Source: Candidatus Parcubacteria bacterium
GTDB taxonomy: Bacteria > Patescibacteriota > Minisyncoccia > UBA6257 > HR35
Direction of reading: 5' to 3'
DNA: 64,000 bases
NCBI GenBank assembly: GCA_026004495.1
Contig: BPJG01000001.1
Coordinates: forward strand, 350,858-414,857
Below, one piece after another: positions 19,533 through 28,855 of the stretch (position 1 is the stretch's first letter; every line of letters starts with the position of its first letter). Position numbers and translations under genes: made by a program. The notes beneath the pieces are model-generated. The model was not told the DNA's origin, did no database searches, and saw only the letters and a program-made list of their open reading frames with translations.

Positions 19533-19976
19533 TTGATTGATGAATATGGTAAACAAATTGGAATTTTAGATTTTAATGAGGCAAAAAAAAATGCTGAAGA
19601 AAAAAATACTGGCCTTATTTTAGTTTCAGAAAAGGCAAATCCCCCGGTTTTAAAGTTAGGTGATTATAATAAGTATATTTATAGATTAAAAAAGAAAGAA
19701 AAAGAAAGGAATATTTCAGAGATAAAAGAGGTTAGAATAAGCTTCCAAGAAGCTTTAGGGGACCTAAAAAGAAAGGTGAAGCAAATTGAGGAATTTTTAA
19801 CTGAAGGTAATCAAGTAAGAATAAGAATGATCTTAAAAGGCAGACAGTTTTTACATTTAGATATAGCCAAAGAAAGATTAAATAATTTCATAGGTTTAAT
19901 TGAAATACCAATAAAAATTATTAATGAAATTAAACAAAGCGGTAGTAATTTAATTATTATAATTAGCAAAAAATGA
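19533..19976 (+). CDS. infC: Translation initiation factor IF-3 (non-ATG, TTG start)
   Basis: The IF-3 N- and C-domain pattern is present (GILDFNEAKKNAEEKNTGLILVS...PPVLKL, and the C-domain KEVRISFQEALGDLKRK). The ORF begins with TTG at 19533, as is common for infC. It is followed by rpmI with an ATGA overlap. Confidence 0.75.
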   Translation: MIDEYGKQIGILDFNEAKKNAEEKNTGLILVSEKANPPVLKLGDYNKYIYRLKKKEKERNISEIKEVRISFQEALGDLKRKVKQIEEFLTEGNQVRIRMILKGRQFLHLDIAKERLNNFIGLIEIPIKIINEIKQSGSNLIIIISKK

Positions 19977-20158
19977 AAATTAGAAAATCTGTCCTAAAAA
20001 GATTTAAAATAACTAAGAATGGTAAGTTTTTAAGAAGAAAAAGTGGTATTTCTCATTTTTTGGCTAAAAAGTCTTCAAAAATCATAAGAAGAAAAAAAAG
20101 ATTAAAAAAAGCAAAAGCAGAAAAAAATTTGATTAAATATTTAAATTATAATATTTAA
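19973..20158 (+). CDS. rpmI: 50S ribosomal protein L35
   Basis: 61-aa highly basic protein (MKIRKSVLKRFKITKNGKF...RRKKRL) matching the L35 family. It is in infC-rpmI gene order. Confidence 0.8.
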   Translation: MKIRKSVLKRFKITKNGKFLRRKSGISHFLAKKSSKIIRRKKRLKKAKAEKNLIKYLNYNI

Positions 20159-20159
20159 A

Positions 20160-20702
20160 ATGGAGCAGAAATTAAAAATTGCTATTTCTGGAGCAGCTGA
20201 AACTGCTCATTGTTCAGAAAATATAAATGAATTAGCCTATGAAGTTGGAAAATATTTGGCCTTGAATAATTGTATTTTAATAACTGGAGCTACAACTGGT
20301 GCTCCCCTTTGGGCAGCAAGAGGTGCATATGAAAATAATGGTTATGTAATTGGTATTTCGCCAGCTATGGATAAAAAAGAACATATAGAAATTTATAATC
20401 TTCCAATTGATTATCATCATTTAATTCTATATACTGGCTTTGGTCATTCTTTGAGAAATTTGGTTTTAATAAGATCTGGCGATGGAGTTATTTTTATTTG
20501 CGGTAGAACCGGAACACTAAATGAATTTACTATTGCCTATGAAGAAAAAAAACCAATGGGCATTTTACTAAATAGTGGCGGAGAAGAAAAATATATGGAT
20601 GATATTATAAATGAATCACATAAGGAACATAAAAAAATAATTTGGGAATCTAAGCCCTCAAAATTAGTTGAAGAGATTATTAAAATAATGAAAAATGATT
20701 GA
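20160..20702 (+). CDS. LOG-family / TIGR00725-type Rossmann-fold protein
   Basis: 180 aa with ISGAA...GATTGA and the CGRTGTLNEF (GGxGTxxE-like) signature of the LOG/SLOG nucleotide-binding family. It occupies the position where rplT would normally follow rpmI. Confidence 0.55.
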   Translation: MEQKLKIAISGAAETAHCSENINELAYEVGKYLALNNCILITGATTGAPLWAARGAYENNGYVIGISPAMDKKEHIEIYNLPIDYHHLILYTGFGHSLRNLVLIRSGDGVIFICGRTGTLNEFTIAYEEKKPMGILLNSGGEEKYMDDIINESHKEHKKIIWESKPSKLVEEIIKIMKND

Positions 20703-21123
20703 ATTGACTACGATTGAAATAATATACAGATTAATTTTAGCAACAATAATTGGAGCAGTTATTGGTGCCGAAAGAAGTTTTTTTCATAAACAAGCTGGCT
20801 TAAGAACGTTTGCTTTAGTATCTTTAGGTGCAACCTTATTTTCAATTATAGCTCTAAACTTTAATTTAGATTCTGCTTCAAGGATATTAGCTAATATTGT
20901 TATTGGTATAGGTTTCTTAGGTGGTGGTTTAATATATTTTTATCAAGAAAAATTACAAGGGGTTACAACAGCAGCTGCCTTATGGGTTACAGCAGCAATT
21001 GGTGCAGCTATTGGTCAAGGATATTATTTAGAAGTTTTTGCCTCTTCTATTTTAGTATTATTAATATTATCCTTTCTACCTTTTATTGAAACAAGAATTA
21101 CTAATGATAGATCAAATAATTAA
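20695..21123 (+). CDS. MgtC/SapB-family membrane protein
   Basis: The MgtC N-terminal domain signature is present: IGAVIGAERSFFHKQAGLRTFALVSLGATLF. Confidence 0.7.
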   Translation: MIELTTIEIIYRLILATIIGAVIGAERSFFHKQAGLRTFALVSLGATLFSIIALNFNLDSASRILANIVIGIGFLGGGLIYFYQEKLQGVTTAAALWVTAAIGAAIGQGYYLEVFASSILVLLILSFLPFIETRITNDRSNN

Positions 21124-22198
21124 GAGTATATTTATCTTAGTTAGTACCGTAATAGGATTAGGAATATTTGTTCTACCATATACCGCCTTAAAATCGGGTA
21201 TATTTTTTTATTTTTGGTTAATAATTATCCCTATTTTGGTTTTAATTTTTCATTTAGTTTATGGCGAAATAATTTTTCAAGTTGAAGAAAAACATAATTT
21301 GCCATCTTTAGTTGCAAGAATAATAAATTCTAAACTTAAGCTTCCAATTTGGTTAATTGATTTTTTAGGTTTAATGATGGTTTTTGTTGTTTATTTGGTA
21401 GTTATCGAAGAAATTATTAACCATTCATTAAATTTAAGTTTTTATTTTAAGCCTTTATTAGCCTTATTTATTTTTTTTATTCTATCTTTTAAAAATAATT
21501 TTTTTAGCAAATTAGATTCATTATTGGCTATATTTTTAATTGTTTTTATTTTAGTTTTAAGTGGTTATTTATTAACTAAAGTAAACATTAAAAATCTCTT
21601 ACCATTTGATGCTAATTTTGTTTTTAGTTACGGTATTATTTTATTTTCCTTTACTGGTTATCATTCTTTACAAATAATTTATGATCTATTAGGCAAGGAT
21701 AAATTTAACTTTATAAGGGTAAATATTTTAAGTTTATTTTTTGTTTTCTTAATTTATCTTTTATATACCTTAACTGTCTTGGGTACAATTGGGCCAGAGA
21801 TTGATGTTTTAAGTTTGTTTTCATTAATAAAATATTTGAACATTAATTACCTTAATTATTTAATACTAATTTTGTTTTTATTAAGCATCTTAACTACATT
21901 TATATCATTAGCTTATTATTTGAAACGCGGTTTGATTGTTGATTTTAGATTTAAAGAAAATATATCTTGGCTAACTATAGGATTGTCTATAATCTTAATA
22001 AGTTTTTTTGATTTTTCTAATGTGATGAAATTAATAAATTTTATAGGTAGCTTATTTATAGGCTTAAATTTAATTCTCATTTTATTTTGTTATCTAAAAC
22101 TTAAAGAGATTAAATATTTTAATATTCCCAAAATTATTGTTTATATAATGATAGTAATTTTTAGTTTAGGATGGCTTATGGGGCTAATTACGGAATAA
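21086..22198 (+). CDS. Polytopic membrane protein, possibly an amino-acid permease-like transporter
   Basis: 370 aa with about 10-11 predicted TM helices. Its general resemblance to the Tyr/Trp permease / APC superfamily is topological only. Confidence 0.4.
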   Translation: MKQELLMIDQIIKSIFILVSTVIGLGIFVLPYTALKSGIFFYFWLIIIPILVLIFHLVYGEIIFQVEEKHNLPSLVARIINSKLKLPIWLIDFLGLMMVFVVYLVVIEEIINHSLNLSFYFKPLLALFIFFILSFKNNFFSKLDSLLAIFLIVFILVLSGYLLTKVNIKNLLPFDANFVFSYGIILFSFTGYHSLQIIYDLLGKDKFNFIRVNILSLFFVFLIYLLYTLTVLGTIGPEIDVLSLFSLIKYLNINYLNYLILILFLLSILTTFISLAYYLKRGLIVDFRFKENISWLTIGLSIILISFFDFSNVMKLINFIGSLFIGLNLILILFCYLKLKEIKYFNIPKIIVYIMIVIFSLGWLMGLITE

Positions 22199-22278
22199 TT
22201 CAAACGAGAATATTGGATTTTTTTATAATATAATTATAAATAAATAAAAAAATATATATAAATAAAATTTTGTATTAG

Positions 22279-22351
22279 GGGCTTGTAGCTCAGTTGGTAG
22301 AGCGCCGCTATGGCATGGCGGAGGTCAGGGGTTCAAATCCCCTCAAGTCCA
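22279..22351 (+). tRNA. tRNA-Ala (anticodon GGC)
   Basis: The manually folded cloverleaf has acceptor GGGCTTG/CAAGTCC with a G3:U70 pair (the Ala identity element). The anticodon loop ATGGCAT carries U33 and A37, and the T-loop is TTCAAAT. No CCA is encoded. Confidence 0.8.
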
Positions 22352-22524
22352 TAATATTCATATTAAAAAATATTTTTTTAAAAAATTAAATACTGATCGC
22401 TTGAGAGATAAATATTTTTTACAATCAAAATAATAAATCAAAGTAAAATTTGATCTAATCCTTTCGTTTTATTTAAAAATAGTTATTTTATAATAAAAGT
22501 ATATTCTATAATAATATATTTTTT

Positions 22525-22597
22525 CGGGATGTGGCCTAACGGCTAAGGCGCTTGGTTTGGGACCAAGAGATTGTGGGTTCGAATCCCACCATCCCGA
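22525..22597 (+). tRNA. tRNA-Pro (anticodon TGG)
   Basis: Acceptor CGGGATG/CATCCCG with the C1:G72 pair typical of bacterial tRNA-Pro, and U8 is present. The anticodon loop is TTTGGGA and the T-loop is TTCGAAT. Confidence 0.8.
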
Positions 22598-22725
22598 ATT
22601 ATAATTTCATTGACCTCTTTATTTTTATTAATAATTTGTTATAATTTAAAAATATATAATTTTTAATTTGCCCTCAAATAATTAAATGAGAAAATTATTT
22701 TTTGTTTTATTTTTAAAAATTAATT

Positions 22726-22932
22726 ATGAAAAAAGAAATTGTTGAAGGTGTAGTTATTGAAAATTTACCAGATACTACATTTAAGGTTAGGCTGTCAACA
22801 GGACAAGAGATTTTTGCTTATTTATCAGGAAAAATGAGGATTAATTATATAAAAATAGTTCCTGGAGATGAAGTTATTATTGAATTATCTCCTTATGATA
22901 AATCTAAGGGAAGAATAATTAAAAGAAAATAA
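22726..22932 (+). CDS. infA: Translation initiation factor IF-1
   Basis: 68-aa S1-like OB-fold protein. GVVIENLPDTTFKVRL...GKMRINYIKIVPGDEV...SPYDKSKGRII matches the IF-1 consensus. Confidence 0.9.
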   Translation: MKKEIVEGVVIENLPDTTFKVRLSTGQEIFAYLSGKMRINYIKIVPGDEVIIELSPYDKSKGRIIKRK

Positions 22933-22947
22933 AATATTCTAAAAAAA

Positions 22948-23061
22948 ATGAAAGTTACAACATCAGTTAAAAAAAGATGTAATAAATGTAAAATTGTTAG
23001 AAGAAATAAAAGAATTTATATTATTTGTGAAAATAAAAAACACAAACAAAGACAAGGATAA
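22948..23061 (+). CDS. rpmJ: 50S ribosomal protein L36
   Basis: This 37-aa ORF, absent from the supplied ORF track, reads [37 protein letters not shown] and matches the L36 zinc-ribbon consensus. It lies in infA-rpmJ-rpsM order. Confidence 0.85.
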   Translation: MKVTTSVKKRCNKCKIVRRNKRIYIICENKKHKQRQG

Positions 23062-23063
23062 AA

Positions 23064-23447
23064 ATGGTTAGAATAGCAGGCAAGGAAATTCCAAATAATA
23101 AAAGATTAAAGTATTCATTGCCATATATTTATGGAATAGGAATTTCTTTGGCTGAAAAAATTTGCAATGAATTAAATATTGATTCAACAAAAAAAACTGA
23201 TGAATTAACTCAAGAAGAAATTGGTAAAATTGAAAAATATATTGATAATAATTTAAAAATAGAAAATGAATTAAGAACAGAAATTCAATCTAATATTAAA
23301 AGATTGATAGAAATTAATTGTTATCGAGGTATTAGACATAGAAAGAAATTACCTGTTAGAGCCCAAAGGACTAGAACAAATGCTAGAACAAGAAAAGGTC
23401 CTAAAAAAACAGTCGGATCAGGTAAAAGAAAAATTACTAAAAAATAA
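23064..23447 (+). CDS. rpsM: 30S ribosomal protein S13
   Basis: 127 aa with MVRIAGKEIPNNKRL...YGIG and a C-terminal basic tail ending RKGPKKTVGSGKRK. Confidence 0.9.
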   Translation: MVRIAGKEIPNNKRLKYSLPYIYGIGISLAEKICNELNIDSTKKTDELTQEEIGKIEKYIDNNLKIENELRTEIQSNIKRLIEINCYRGIRHRKKLPVRAQRTRTNARTRKGPKKTVGSGKRKITKK

Positions 23448-23451
23448 ATAA

Positions 23452-23886
23452 ATGGGTAAAACAAGAACAAAACTAGTAGAAGGAAGTGAAGTAAAAGAAA
23501 AAAAGAAAGAAAAAGGTAAGAAAATTAAAAAAAAATATATTGACCTAGGAATTTTTTATATAAATTCTAATATGAATAATACTTTGATTGCCTTTACTGA
23601 TTCCCAAGGTAATGTATTGAAGTGGTCATCATGTGGAGCTGTTGGTTTTAAAAATACTAAAAAATCAACGCCTTATGCTGGTGCTAAGGTTGCTGAAAAT
23701 ATAGTTAATTCAGTAAAAGAAAATTTTGATGTTAATGAAGTTAAAGTCATTGTTAAAGGTATTGGGCCCGGTAGAGAATCATCTTTAAGAGTAATTTTCA
23801 ATTCTGATTTTAATATTATTTCTGTCGAAGATAAAACTCCAATACCCTTCGGCGGACCTACTCCGCCCAGACCAAGAAGTGTATAG
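23452..23886 (+). CDS. rpsK: 30S ribosomal protein S11
   Basis: 144 aa with the S11 core NNTLIAFTDSQGNVLKWSSCGAVGFKNTKKSTPYAG...KVIVKGIGPGRESSLR. Confidence 0.9.
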   Translation: MGKTRTKLVEGSEVKEKKKEKGKKIKKKYIDLGIFYINSNMNNTLIAFTDSQGNVLKWSSCGAVGFKNTKKSTPYAGAKVAENIVNSVKENFDVNEVKVIVKGIGPGRESSLRVIFNSDFNIISVEDKTPIPFGGPTPPRPRSV

Positions 23887-23894
23887 ATTAAAAG

Positions 23895-24512
23895 ATGAAA
23901 ATTGAAGCTAAATGTAAAATTTGCAGAAAATTAGGCCAAAAGTTACTTTGGAATGAAAGATGTATGTCAGGTAAATGTTCTTTAAGTAGAAGAAGAATTA
24001 AACCGGGAATTCATGGTTACAAACCTAGATCTTTATCAGACTTTGCTAAGCAATTAATTGAAAAACAGAAATTGAAAAATTACTATCTTCTTAAAGAAAA
24101 GCAATTAAAAAATTTTATCGATAAGGCTAAAAAAAATAAAGAACCACTTCCTCTATCTTTAATTAAAATTTTAGAAAGTAAATTTGATAATTTTGTTTGG
24201 AGGTCTGGTTATAGCTTATCCAAGCTACAATCTAGACAGCTAATTACTCATGGTCATTTTTTAATAAATGATAAAAAAATAAATTTACCTAATTATTTAC
24301 TTAAGCCAGGTGATATAATAAAAATTCGCGAAGAAAGTAAAAAATTATCCATCTTTAGAGATATTGATAAAAAATTAAAGAATTCCCAAATTCCTTCTTG
24401 GATTAAATTCAATTTTAATGATTTAAGCGCAGAATTTATTCGTTATCCTGAATTAGAGGAAATTAATCTACCATTTAATTTATCAATCGCTCTTCAATTT
24501 TATGGCAAATAA
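23895..24512 (+). CDS. rpsD: 30S ribosomal protein S4
   Basis: 205 aa with an N-terminal Zn-ribbon-like CKICRK...C...C and the S4 RNA-binding domain (LQSRQLITHGHFLINDKKINLPNYLLKPGDII). Confidence 0.85.
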   Translation: MKIEAKCKICRKLGQKLLWNERCMSGKCSLSRRRIKPGIHGYKPRSLSDFAKQLIEKQKLKNYYLLKEKQLKNFIDKAKKNKEPLPLSLIKILESKFDNFVWRSGYSLSKLQSRQLITHGHFLINDKKINLPNYLLKPGDIIKIREESKKLSIFRDIDKKLKNSQIPSWIKFNFNDLSAEFIRYPELEEINLPFNLSIALQFYGK

Positions 24513-24541
24513 GTCGATTAATTAAGATTAAAATTATAATA

Positions 24542-25246
24542 ATGATAAAAGAAATTATTATTCCTGATAACATTAAAATAATCTCTTTAGAAAATAATAA
24601 GGGAATTTTTGAATTATTTCCTCTTTATCCTGGTTATGGAATTACAATTGGTAATGCCTTGCGTAGAGTTTTACTTTCTTCAATTAAGGGATCAGCTATT
24701 ACAATGGTTAAAATTGAGGGTGTACCTCATGAATTTTCAACTGTCCCGGGTGTTTTAGAAGATATAATAGATATAATTTTAAGACTAAAGCATGTAAGGA
24801 TAAAATACGAAGGAGAAACAGCCATTGAATTAGAATTATCCAAAAAAGGTAAGGGTGAGGTATTAACTAAAGATATAAAATGCCCTCCAGGAGTGAAAAT
24901 TATAAATGAAGATTTTTTAATAGCAACACTAACATCTAATGAGACTGAATTAAAAATGAAATTGATTGTCGAAAGAGGTTATGGATATTACGTTGCTGAA
25001 GATAGAGAAAAAAGATTGGAAAGAGTTGATCCAGGTTTTATATTTTTAGATGCTATTTTTTCTCCCATTGTTAATGTAACTTATGAAGTTGAAAATATAG
25101 TTTACAAAGAAAGGACTGATTATAACTTACTAAGATTGATCATAGAAACAGATGGAACAATTGAACCAGTAGATGCCCTTAAACAAGCCTTAGAAGTCTT
25201 AATTAAACATTTTAATTTTATTTATGAAACATTTGGTAAAAACTAA
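24542..25246 (+). CDS. rpoA: DNA-directed RNA polymerase alpha subunit, N-terminal (dimerisation/assembly) domain only
   Basis: The 234-aa protein aligns to the alpha NTD (ITIGNALRRVLLSSIKGSAITMVKIEGVPHEFSTVPGVLEDI). It stops where the E. coli alpha would continue into the linker and CTD, and rplQ begins inside its 3' end. Confidence 0.8.
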   Translation: MIKEIIIPDNIKIISLENNKGIFELFPLYPGYGITIGNALRRVLLSSIKGSAITMVKIEGVPHEFSTVPGVLEDIIDIILRLKHVRIKYEGETAIELELSKKGKGEVLTKDIKCPPGVKIINEDFLIATLTSNETELKMKLIVERGYGYYVAEDREKRLERVDPGFIFLDAIFSPIVNVTYEVENIVYKERTDYNLLRLIIETDGTIEPVDALKQALEVLIKHFNFIYETFGKN

Positions 25247-25574
25247 AAATTTTCATAGAAAAAGAGATCAAAGAAATGCTTTGATGAAAATATTAGCTCA
25301 TAATTTAATTATGAAGGAAAGAATAAAAACAACAACCGCAAGAGCCAAATATTTAAGAAAAATTGTTGAAAAATTAATAACCAAAGCTAAAAAACAAGAT
25401 TTAAGTGTTTTGAGACTATTAATAAAAAAATTACCTAAAAAATCTGCTTATAAACTTTTTTATGAAATAGCTCCTCGTTATAAAGAAAGAAATGGAGGAT
25501 ATTTAAGAGTAATTAAATTGCCATTAAAAAGATTAAAAGATAACGCGGAATTAAGTATTATTGAATTTGTTTAA
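25224..25574 (+). CDS. rplQ: 50S ribosomal protein L17
   Basis: The L17 core is present (HRKR...ALMKILAHNLIMKERIKTTTARAKYLRKIVEKLIT). The true start may lie a few codons inside the 25224 ORF. Confidence 0.8.
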   Translation: MKHLVKTKNFHRKRDQRNALMKILAHNLIMKERIKTTTARAKYLRKIVEKLITKAKKQDLSVLRLLIKKLPKKSAYKLFYEIAPRYKERNGGYLRVIKLPLKRLKDNAELSIIEFV

Positions 25575-25858
25575 TGTTAGTTATTAGATTTCAACCCGTA
25601 GGTAAAAAACATCAAAAAATTTTTAGAATAGTTCTTCAAGATAAGAAAAGTAAGCTATCGGGAAAAATTATTGAAAAACTTGGCTGGTGGGATCCTCGGC
25701 TTAAAAAAGGAGACTTCAAGGCTGATTTGATAAAATTTTATATTTCTAATGGAGCACAAGTTTCTGATAGTGTTTGGAATTTATTAATAAAGAAAGCTAT
25801 TATTAAGGGCAAAAAAAGACCTATATCAATTAAAAATAAAAGAAATGAAAACACCTAA
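25574..25858 (+). CDS. rpsP: 30S ribosomal protein S16
   Basis: 94 aa reading MLVIRFQPVGKKHQKIFRIVLQDKKSKLSGKIIEKLGWWDPR, which matches the S16 family. Confidence 0.85.
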   Translation: MLVIRFQPVGKKHQKIFRIVLQDKKSKLSGKIIEKLGWWDPRLKKGDFKADLIKFYISNGAQVSDSVWNLLIKKAIIKGKKRPISIKNKRNENT

Positions 25859-27134
25859 AATAATTAAATCAACTAACGGTTTAGATTGTCTATTTTATAA
25901 TTCGCCAGAATTAATCACAACTACAGTTCTGGCCTTAGTAAAAACAGGAACTGATTATGAGAGTAAAAATTTAAATGGAATTTCTCATTTTATTGAACAT
26001 TTATTTTTTAAAGGAACAAAAAACTTTGCTACTCCTCAAAGTTTAAGTTGGGAATTAGATAAGATTGGAGCAGATTATAATGCTTTTACTTCTTATGAAT
26101 ATACTGGTTATTATATTAAAACCTTAAATCATTATTTAGATAGAGCCGTTTATTTACTAGCTGAAATGTTAACTAATCCAATTTTTGATCAATCAGAATT
26201 AGAAAAAGAGAGAAGTGTTATTTTAGAGGAAATTAATTATCTCCATGATACACCTATAAGTTTTATTTTCGAAGAAACATTAAAATTAGCCTACGGAGAT
26301 CAGCCTGCTGGATGGTCAATTTTAGGAACTCCGCAAACCTTATTAAGAATTAACCAGGAGGAAATAAAAAATTATTTTTTTAATAATTATTCAAATAAAA
26401 ATACCTTAATTATAATAGTTGGAAATTTTAATCTTAATAAAGCTAAAAGTTATATAAATAAGTATTTTTCTAGTTATAATAAAAATAAGAATATAAGCAA
26501 ACCTAAATTTACAGAAACAACACTAATTCCTAAGATAAATATAATTAAAAGGAAAGAAATTAAGCAATCACATTTAGCTTTACTATTTAAGTTGAAAGGC
26601 TTAAATTTTTTAAAAAATAGAAGATTATCTTTAGGTTTGTTAACTAGTTTTTTAGGCTATGGTTTTAGTTCGAGAATGTTTAGAGTTTTGAGAGAAGAGC
26701 TAGGAATTACTTATTATTTAAAAGTTAGCAATGATCTTTATTCTAATCGTGGTTATTTATATATCCAAACAGGATCAACGATTGATAAAACTTACTTAAC
26801 TGTAGATAAAATTATCGATGAATTGATTAAAATTAAAAAAGAAAAAATTTCTAATGAAGAAATCGAAAAAGCAAAGTCATTATTAGAAACATCTATTTTT
26901 TCCTTAGCTGAATCTTCCCTATCTTTAGCTTTATTTTTTGGATTAGATTATTTGATTTTTAATAAAATTTTTACTACCGATTATTATTTAAAGGAAATTA
27001 AGAAATTAAAAGAAAGTGATATGAAAAAAGAAATCCATAATTGGCTTAAGAAAGAAAACTTAGTTATGGGTATTTTAAGTTCTGAGGATTTTGATAAAAA
27101 TAAGTTTTTTAAATTAATTAAAAATTTAAACTAA
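25845..27134 (+). CDS. M16-family (pitrilysin/insulinase-like) zinc peptidase
   Basis: Inverted zinc-binding motif HxxEH (HFIEHLFFKGT) near the N-terminus. The 429-aa length is typical for the family. Confidence 0.7.
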   Translation: MKTPKIIKSTNGLDCLFYNSPELITTTVLALVKTGTDYESKNLNGISHFIEHLFFKGTKNFATPQSLSWELDKIGADYNAFTSYEYTGYYIKTLNHYLDRAVYLLAEMLTNPIFDQSELEKERSVILEEINYLHDTPISFIFEETLKLAYGDQPAGWSILGTPQTLLRINQEEIKNYFFNNYSNKNTLIIIVGNFNLNKAKSYINKYFSSYNKNKNISKPKFTETTLIPKINIIKRKEIKQSHLALLFKLKGLNFLKNRRLSLGLLTSFLGYGFSSRMFRVLREELGITYYLKVSNDLYSNRGYLYIQTGSTIDKTYLTVDKIIDELIKIKKEKISNEEIEKAKSLLETSIFSLAESSLSLALFFGLDYLIFNKIFTTDYYLKEIKKLKESDMKKEIHNWLKKENLVMGILSSEDFDKNKFFKLIKNLN

Positions 27135-27136
27135 CA

Positions 27137-27415
27137 ATGCCCAAAACTAAATCAGCTAAAAAAGAATTACGAAAAAATATAAAGCGAAGAATAAAAAATT
27201 TAAGAAAAAAAAGATCGATTAAGGAAACAACTAAGAAATTTTTAATAGCTCTAGAAAAAAAGAATAAAGAAGAAGCTTTGCAGTTATTAAAATTAGCTTC
27301 TAAATATCTTGATAAGGCTGCTAAAAGTTTTATTCATAAAAATAAAGCAGCGCGAATTAAATCAAGATTGTCTAAAAAATTTAATAAAGTCTTTTTGGGT
27401 GAAAATATAAATTAA
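27137..27415 (+). CDS. rpsT: 30S ribosomal protein S20
   Basis: 92-aa basic helical protein (MPKTKSAKKELRKNIKRRIKN...) of the S20 family. Confidence 0.8.
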   Translation: MPKTKSAKKELRKNIKRRIKNLRKKRSIKETTKKFLIALEKKNKEEALQLLKLASKYLDKAAKSFIHKNKAARIKSRLSKKFNKVFLGENIN

Positions 27416-27440
27416 ATAAATATAAATTGATTTTTTAATT

Positions 27441-28700
27441 TTAATAAACAAAAATTTTATTAACTATTAAATTATTATCGTCATAAAGTTTTATTTCGTC
27501 ATACCTTTGTTTAGAAAAAGATTCATAAATGGGTATAAAAATTATCCAGTCCTTAAAATAAAAATCATTATCATTTTTTTTATTTTGATAGCAACCTCGA
27601 TAAGTAAAGTTTTCCTCAAAAAATTTATAACATTGCGAATCATAGATAATTTTTTCCCAGTCAGTATTTTTAGGCCCACTACAAGATATTTTAGATAGAA
27701 TATTTAAGCAATTATCACTTAAATTATATTTTGTTTTTAAAGAAAATAAATCAAATTTTGTAAATCTATTACAAGGAAAGTAATATTGCCTTAGATAATC
27801 TTTTAGTTCCCATCTTAATTGAGTTAAGTAATTAAAGCATTTATTAATTTTAAAATTAAAACCCAAAGGAGATTCAAGGGGATAAGGATATTTAAAGTTT
27901 GGGGGAATAAAATTCGCAGTGGTAGCGTATAGGGGATAGATAATTATTCTTTCGTTTGGTTTTAAGATAATATCTTCAAGTTTTTTATCTAAATTAGGAT
28001 TTACATCTTTAACTGCCTGAGTTATAGTAAAATTAACCTTTGAAGATATAAGCTTCCAATTAGTGACATTAATTGAATTCCTACTTTTATTGGTAAGAGT
28101 TATTAAATTTCTAGCACTATTTATTTTAATATCAATATCTTTATAGTAATTGGAAATAGAAACCATAATATAAGCAATAGCTGGAGTTGGATCAATTTCA
28201 TTTTTTTTATTAATAGCCCTAACATAAAGTTTATAAGTGTTTAATCCTTTAGGTAGAAATATCTTTTTATGCTTACCATAAATAATTTGCCAATTTTTAT
28301 TAAGGGGCTCGATTTTATATTGAAAGAAAATTTTTTCCGAAGGATTTTTTTTATCTATACCCGATACCAATAAATCAAATAAATTATCTTCTATAAATGA
28401 AAATATTTTGGGCGAAATTAAAAATGTCTCTATATCGGCATTGTTTTTATAATAATTCTTTTTTTTTGTTTGGGCATAAATATATTTTGTTTTTAAAAAT
28501 GGAATTTTATTTTCTTTTTTTTGTTTAAAAAATGTTCCTTCAGGTAAAATACTCTTTTCAGCTGGAGAAACATCTTTTTTTATTTTTAATTGAGGGATGT
28601 AGTTTAATCTAAATTGAAGATAGTATATTATACCTGATAAAGTTAAAAGAATAATAATTATAGCTTGAATTAAACTTTCTAATTGAGCTTTATTTTTCAT
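27441..28700 (-). CDS. Membrane-anchored hypothetical protein with a probable lamin-tail-domain (LTD)-like segment and a Cys-rich C-terminal region
   Basis: 419 aa with an N-terminal TM helix. The segment IKINSARNLITLTNKSRNSINVTNWKLISSKVNFTI...LKPNERIIIYP resembles the LTD pattern (ExVxLxN...GWxL...pgxxvvv). The C-terminal third has 8 Cys. Confidence 0.4.
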   Translation of the reverse strand: MKNKAQLESLIQAIIIILLTLSGIIYYLQFRLNYIPQLKIKKDVSPAEKSILPEGTFFKQKKENKIPFLKTKYIYAQTKKKNYYKNNADIETFLISPKIFSFIEDNLFDLLVSGIDKKNPSEKIFFQYKIEPLNKNWQIIYGKHKKIFLPKGLNTYKLYVRAINKKNEIDPTPAIAYIMVSISNYYKDIDIKINSARNLITLTNKSRNSINVTNWKLISSKVNFTITQAVKDVNPNLDKKLEDIILKPNERIIIYPLYATTANFIPPNFKYPYPLESPLGFNFKINKCFNYLTQLRWELKDYLRQYYFPCNRFTKFDLFSLKTKYNLSDNCLNILSKISCSGPKNTDWEKIIYDSQCYKFFEENFTYRGCYQNKKNDNDFYFKDWIIFIPIYESFSKQRYDEIKLYDDNNLIVNKIFVY

Positions 28701-28855
28701 TTTATTAGAAATTTCATTTAAAATATTATATAATTTATTTAAATATTTTATAAAATTTAAAGCAGCTCTTAAGGCTTATGTTGATATTTTAAAATAATTT
28801 TAAAATAAAATTAAAATAAAAAATATTTAATAATTTTTTAATTAAAAATATAAAA

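Noticed and set aside
27507-27698. 63-aa plus-strand ORF
   Set aside because: It is antisense within the 27441-28700 gene, and is a hydrophobic low-complexity artefact.
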